Part shown: in pieces, positions 59,627 to 64,000 of the stretch
How the letters are laid out: each line of letters opens with the position of its first letter
Numbering within the stretch: the first letter of the stretch is position 1
Notes under the pieces: generated by a model
What the model was told of the DNA's origin: nothing
What the model saw: the letters and a program-made list of their open reading frames with translations, nothing else
Database searches by the model: none
Made by a program: the position numbers and the translations under genes
Assembly (NCBI GenBank): GCA_043732185.1
Contig: JAYTHY010000136.1
Location: forward strand, 32,001-96,000
Reading direction: 5' to 3'
Length of the DNA stretch: 64,000 bases
From: Fibrobacteria bacterium
GTDB lineage: Bacteria > Fibrobacterota > Fibrobacteria > UBA11236

Positions 59627-61271
59627 GGTTTTCATAATTGAGTTTAAAGTACGCCGCGTCACGGGCGATTCCAGAGACTCTCGGTTCATCAATCCATCCG
59701 TCAAAGTGAGTGCCCGATGGGTATTCGTAGGTCCCGATCATAAGGGGTCGGCCGAAATCCGTTAGGCTTCCAGTGGCATAGCCTGCGTCCACTTCTACTC
59801 CGTTGATGTAGATACGCATGGCTTCTCCATCATACGTTCCCGCTACATAAATCCAATTGCCCAGCGTCAAGGTCTGATTGGACCAAAGTTCATAATTGGT
59901 TCCTCCGAGGGTTAAAGTCAGCCGCAGAGTATTGCTGATATCACCCAAGGCCAAACCGTATTCGTAAAACGGGTATCCGCCTCCAGGCACGGCTTTGGCC
60001 AAGAAATTTCCATGCGCGATGAACGATTTAATCTGTACCCAGGACTCCAAAGTCAGAGCCTTATCGGAATGCAAAGTTGGCCCCGTGCCCACATTTATTC
60101 CAGTCGATGTACTGTCAAATTCCTGGCCGTAACTGGTTAAGGAGGGGATTCTGGGGAAGTGGGTCATCCCGACTCCGGTGCCATGATTCGAATTTCCCGT
60201 GGCGTCCTTGTATTGAAAAGGAGCATCACTGGACATTTCGTTCAAGTGCCATGCGCCGCGGTAGCCGTATTGAGGGGAAAAGACTGCCGAACCCGAGGAT
60301 TGGGAAGTCGCCAGGCTGTCACCAAAATACATGCGAATATATTGGGTTGAATCGTTGCCGATCACGCTTTCCATGCTAATCCAGACCGCGGCTTTGCCAT
60401 TGACGGGATCCCATGATTCCAACTCATAGACCAAAGGTGTTCCATCAGGTTTCGCGAAGCGTAAATCATTGCCGTTTTTTTGGAGGAGGCTAAAATCGAC
60501 GTCTGCTTTGCTGATGCATACCCGAAGTGGAAACCGGCCGGCTTTTGACATTAAGTTGGCTCCAGTAGCTGTGGTATTAAGGAAAATTCGCTTATTGTAC
60601 CTGAAGGTGGAATAGACATCTGCCGGAATCGTATCATCAGAACGGATGGGAACGTCTTTTACAAGGGGCTGCACATGGTAGGCTTCGGTCATATTGGAAT
60701 AAACCACGGCTGGCATGCGTCCGGGGGGAAGCGAATCCAACAGCCCACGGTGCGATTCACTATTTCCGCGTTCCAAGGAGGATTTGAATGGAGTTCCTGG
60801 AATCCAGATAAAGCCCATTTTTTTCGATAAGGAATCCGGTACCAGGTAAGTCAGGGCACCGGTACGATTTAAGGGGTGGGTTCCCAAAGTTACGTCGATG
60901 GTGCCATCAACTAGGATGGTGCGTACCATCGCTTTTTTTCCACTCTTGCCGTCTTCTGCTACAAAATTGTAGGTCCCAGAGTCCAGGTCTTCAATTTCAA
61001 ATTTGCCTTCGGCATCCGTGGAGTCGAAATGTTTGTGTACGGCATCCTGTCGGGTATCCAAAACAGGGTTGTAATCAATCGGGTAGGCGCGGACAACCAC
61101 TCCAGGCATGGGTTTTCCGTTTTCATCTGAGAATAAACCAACGACGGTACTTTTGCCGGGAGGATTCAGGATTTCAGTGGACGTGACTTTTTCATTTTGT
61201 AAACATGCAACGACCACCAAGGCAATGGCCAGGGGAATCAACCCATGTAAAAGGCCTCCAAAATATTTCAC
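59592..61271 (-). CDS. Lipoprotein with carboxypeptidase-regulatory-like, DUF2341 and LamG domains
   Basis: Lipobox VVA-C; NGNDLRF..DGTPLVYELESW...MYFG; WIYVAGTYDG...YING...FDGWIDEPR. Confidence 0.85.
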   Translation of the reverse strand: MKYFGGLLHGLIPLAIALVVVACLQNEKVTSTEILNPPGKSTVVGLFSDENGKPMPGVVVRAYPIDYNPVLDTRQDAVHKHFDSTDAEGKFEIEDLDSGTYNFVAEDGKSGKKAMVRTILVDGTIDVTLGTHPLNRTGALTYLVPDSLSKKMGFIWIPGTPFKSSLERGNSESHRGLLDSLPPGRMPAVVYSNMTEAYHVQPLVKDVPIRSDDTIPADVYSTFRYNKRIFLNTTATGANLMSKAGRFPLRVCISKADVDFSLLQKNGNDLRFAKPDGTPLVYELESWDPVNGKAAVWISMESVIGNDSTQYIRMYFGDSLATSQSSGSAVFSPQYGYRGAWHLNEMSSDAPFQYKDATGNSNHGTGVGMTHFPRIPSLTSYGQEFDSTSTGINVGTGPTLHSDKALTLESWVQIKSFIAHGNFLAKAVPGGGYPFYEYGLALGDISNTLRLTLTLGGTNYELWSNQTLTLGNWIYVAGTYDGEAMRIYINGVEVDAGYATGSLTDFGRPLMIGTYEYPSGTHFDGWIDEPRVSGIARDAAYFKLNYENLKPDSRLLKFE

Positions 61272-62149
61272 CGGATCGCCTTCATTTGGATTTCACCCGT
61301 GGTTGGATATATCTGAAAGTTGAGATGATACACGCGTGACGCGCTTCCCATTTCATCGGTCAACCTGGCAATGCGTTGTCGACAGACCTGAATTTCCTTC
61401 TTGACTATTTCCAGACCCGGCTTAGAGACGGCAACCACCAAACAGGATAGGTCACGTTCGTTGCGGGGTGTGGTATCAATGGAACGAGAAGCCAATACCA
61501 TGTTCTTTTTGTGAAAATCCCTAAGTGCCATAGCTTGTACATCTTCGCCAGAAGTAATCGCGCGGTTTCCTTGGCGATAGCCGACCTTGGTCTTTTCAAT
61601 CAATCCCATGCGGATTAACAAGGCAATGGCTTTCTTGGCTTGTAATGCCGTTATGGGAGGGTTGAGCAATTTTCCGAGTTGTTCAAAATCACCTGTGAAT
61701 CGAATGAGTGGCAGCAATTCTCGTAAGGTGCTGTAATACCATTTTGAGAAAAACTCATAATGGTCTTCCTGAATGCGTTGCGCGATACTGGGCGGATTGG
61801 CTTCCAGTAGCTTATGGAAAAAAAAAGCTTTTTCCTTGGGATCTTCGGCATTGCAATAGGCCACCATCTGCTGGAAATAGGCGAAAGCTTTATCGTCCAA
61901 GCGCATGGCTTGGGCAATTTTGAAAATGTTATTCTTGGATAAACTGCGTTTACCTGCGACTATTCGGTGTAAAACGCCTTTGGATTTGAATCCGGCCTGT
62001 CGGGCAAATACCCCATACGAAAAATTTGGGTTGTGCTCCTTGGTCTCAGAATAATAATCCTGAAGGAACAACCGGTAGTCAGTATGGTCGTAAATAGTCA
62101 TTCTTTTCAAAAATTCCTCCCCATAATTTAATCGATAAGTCATTTTCAT
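61268..62149 (-). CDS. TIGR02147-family protein
   Basis: IYDHTDYRLFLQDYY...FSYGVFARQAGFKS...GKRSL...FFSKWYY...ERDLS...LNFQIYP; start may be slightly downstream. Confidence 0.9.
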   Translation of the reverse strand: MKMTYRLNYGEEFLKRMTIYDHTDYRLFLQDYYSETKEHNPNFSYGVFARQAGFKSKGVLHRIVAGKRSLSKNNIFKIAQAMRLDDKAFAYFQQMVAYCNAEDPKEKAFFFHKLLEANPPSIAQRIQEDHYEFFSKWYYSTLRELLPLIRFTGDFEQLGKLLNPPITALQAKKAIALLIRMGLIEKTKVGYRQGNRAITSGEDVQAMALRDFHKKNMVLASRSIDTTPRNERDLSCLVVAVSKPGLEIVKKEIQVCRQRIARLTDEMGSASRVYHLNFQIYPTTGEIQMKAIR

Positions 62150-62392
62150 GCATAAGGTTAATGACTAATGGGACCTGGTTAAGACCTGGCAACTATAATA
62201 GCCCAACTCGATATCCGCTAGGAGCGGTACCCATGCATATGCGTTACCAGATTGGTAACCATTTTTTGGCCGCATCCAGGGCTAAATCAGGCCCAACCGT
62301 CTAGAATTAACCCTAGACCCAATACCTTGCTTCGGGTCCGGATGTGTGCAGGTGGATGGAAACCATGCACCGAATCCAAAAGAAAGGCGGAG

Positions 62393-63403
62393 ATGAGCGC
62401 ATTGAAGTTGGAATTTAAGGAATTGGTTGGAACAAAAATGAGGAGCCGCCCGACTCTTCATGTGCCAATCCGAGTATCTGTTTCGGCTCCCGTCCTGGCA
62501 TTTTCGCATGTCCGTAGAAACAACGACTTTTCGAACCTACGACGCATAGTCTCGGCAGATCCGAGAACCGAGCAGCCAAAAAAAATCGATAACGCAAGTT
62601 CCCTTGGCATACCGAACCGGGTTACCGTTTTCCATATGAACCGCGATTCCTTATTTGCCAAAAGAGACCAGAGCCATAATCGATTCATTTTAATAGCAAG
62701 CCTGCAAGGTACAGGGACCGTGGTTCTTCAAGATAAGGGTCTTCACTTGCTTCCTGGGGAAGCGGTGCTCCTTTTTCCAAATCAATTCCACCATTTCAAA
62801 ATGGATGCCTCCTCTGATTTGCATTGGGTACTTGTCACGTTTGGCTTTGAAAATCCAAATAAATTGGAAGTCCTGAGAAATAGGACCATTTCCATATCTC
62901 AGGCGGGCAACACGTACCTGACTCAGCTAATCCACAACAGCAAAAATCCACCTCGATCGAATGAAATCGAAAGCTCGCAAAGTTTGTTAATCGGGCTGGT
63001 ATTGCTGGAATTGTTGCCCAGTGAGGGCCATACTAAGACGGATACATTTGGCACTCGGCAATCGCTCATTGATCAAGTCATCGATTTCATTCTGCAAAAC
63101 TATGCTGATGAATTGAAAATGTCTTCGATCACCAAACAATTTCCTTATTCCGAAAGCCACCTGCGCCTTATGTTTCGTAAACATACCGGCATGAGCATAG
63201 GTGGATATATTCAGAAAGTTAAAATCGAGAAAGCCTGCTCGTTACTTTTGGGATCCACCAGCAATATATCGGAAGTTGCCGACGCCTGCGGATTTGGCAG
63301 TTTGTATTCTTTCAGTCGGGCCTTTAAAAGGGTTACAGGGCTGTCGCCGCGAGGCTTTCGCAACAATAACGTGGCATACGCAGGTCATTCCCAGAAGCCC
63401 TGA
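62393..63403 (+). CDS. AraC-family transcriptional regulator
   Basis: Cupin-like N-domain; C-terminal SESHLRLMF...ISEVADACGFGSLYSFSRAFKRVTGLSP. ATG after GGAG chosen. Confidence 0.9.
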   Translation: MSALKLEFKELVGTKMRSRPTLHVPIRVSVSAPVLAFSHVRRNNDFSNLRRIVSADPRTEQPKKIDNASSLGIPNRVTVFHMNRDSLFAKRDQSHNRFILIASLQGTGTVVLQDKGLHLLPGEAVLLFPNQFHHFKMDASSDLHWVLVTFGFENPNKLEVLRNRTISISQAGNTYLTQLIHNSKNPPRSNEIESSQSLLIGLVLLELLPSEGHTKTDTFGTRQSLIDQVIDFILQNYADELKMSSITKQFPYSESHLRLMFRKHTGMSIGGYIQKVKIEKACSLLLGSTSNISEVADACGFGSLYSFSRAFKRVTGLSPRGFRNNNVAYAGHSQKP

Positions 63404-63417
63404 GAGCGCTGCGAATC

Positions 63418-63999
63418 TCAATGGGTGGGACGAAATCGATTCTTGTCCGCCGCCTTCATAAACGCAGCGTCCAAGGTGATTTTGCCGGTTTTAACCATTT
63501 CCATTAGGCAATCGTCCAACGTCTGCATGCCCATTTGACGGTTGGTCTGCATGACGGATCCGAGTTTGATGGTTTCTCCCGCCCTAATGATACCAGGCAA
63601 AGCCGAACTGGCGAGCAGAATTTCATGCGCGGCCCAGCGACGGGTGCCGTCTGCGCTTTTGAGTAGCTGCTGGGCGATGACACCTTTAAGGCTGTTGGCG
63701 AGCAGAGACCGAATTTGATTTTTTTTCATGGCTGGGAAAACATCGATGATCCTATCAATAGTTTTCGCGGCCGAATTGGTATGCAACGTCCCGAATACCA
63801 AAATACCCATTTCCGCTGCAGTAAGCGCCAGCTCGACGGTTTCTCGATCACGCATTTCCCCGACAAGAATGATATTGACATCGCTTTTGAGTCCACCTTT
63901 GAGCCCTGCTTTGAAGGAATCGGTATCGGCGCCGACCTCTCTGTGGATGATAATTGATTTTTTGCTCACGTGGACAAATTCAACCGGCTCCTCGATGGT
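63418..63999 (-). CDS. pilT: PilT/PilU-family type IV pilus ATPase, 5'-truncated by the window edge
   Basis: TIEEPVEFVH, ILVGEMRD, GTLHTNSA, GMQTLD. Confidence 0.85.
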   Translation of the reverse strand, partial: TIEEPVEFVHVSKKSIIIHREVGADTDSFKAGLKGGLKSDVNIILVGEMRDRETVELALTAAEMGILVFGTLHTNSAAKTIDRIIDVFPAMKKNQIRSLLANSLKGVIAQQLLKSADGTRRWAAHEILLASSALPGIIRAGETIKLGSVMQTNRQMGMQTLDDCLMEMVKTGKITLDAAFMKAADKNRFRPTH

Positions 64000-64000
64000 A

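Overview
A gene-dense, mostly housekeeping bacterial chromosome segment. It is most likely from a respiring member of the Fibrobacterota; this is inferred from two TIGR02147-type genes each followed by a lipoprotein gene. Left to right: the end of an alternative complex III operon fused to an A2-type caa3 cytochrome c oxidase operon; a minus-strand accessory cassette (TIGR02147 regulator, lipoprotein, secreted caspase-fold DUF6345-like peptidase, secreted propeptide-like partner, ECF sigma factor); korAB; aroD with a peptidase/propeller/Omp85 fusion and PTS IIA; a degenerate serine-recombinase gene; topB; squalene synthase-lspA-rluD-methyltransferase; a solitary dnaA behind a DnaA-box-containing spacer; ptsP; glgM-glgE; a hybrid kinase; RNase R with a degenerate CobS-like gene; a glycosyltransferase block; secreted proteins; eno; parE-parC; hemB; HIT; rpmG; panE; a second TIGR02147-lipoprotein cassette; an AraC regulator; and a partial pilT. 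No rRNA, tRNA, CRISPR array, IS or prophage was recognised. The best candidate for an undescribed system is the cassette at 6.2-10.7 kb. All family calls come from reading motifs by eye, not from database searches.
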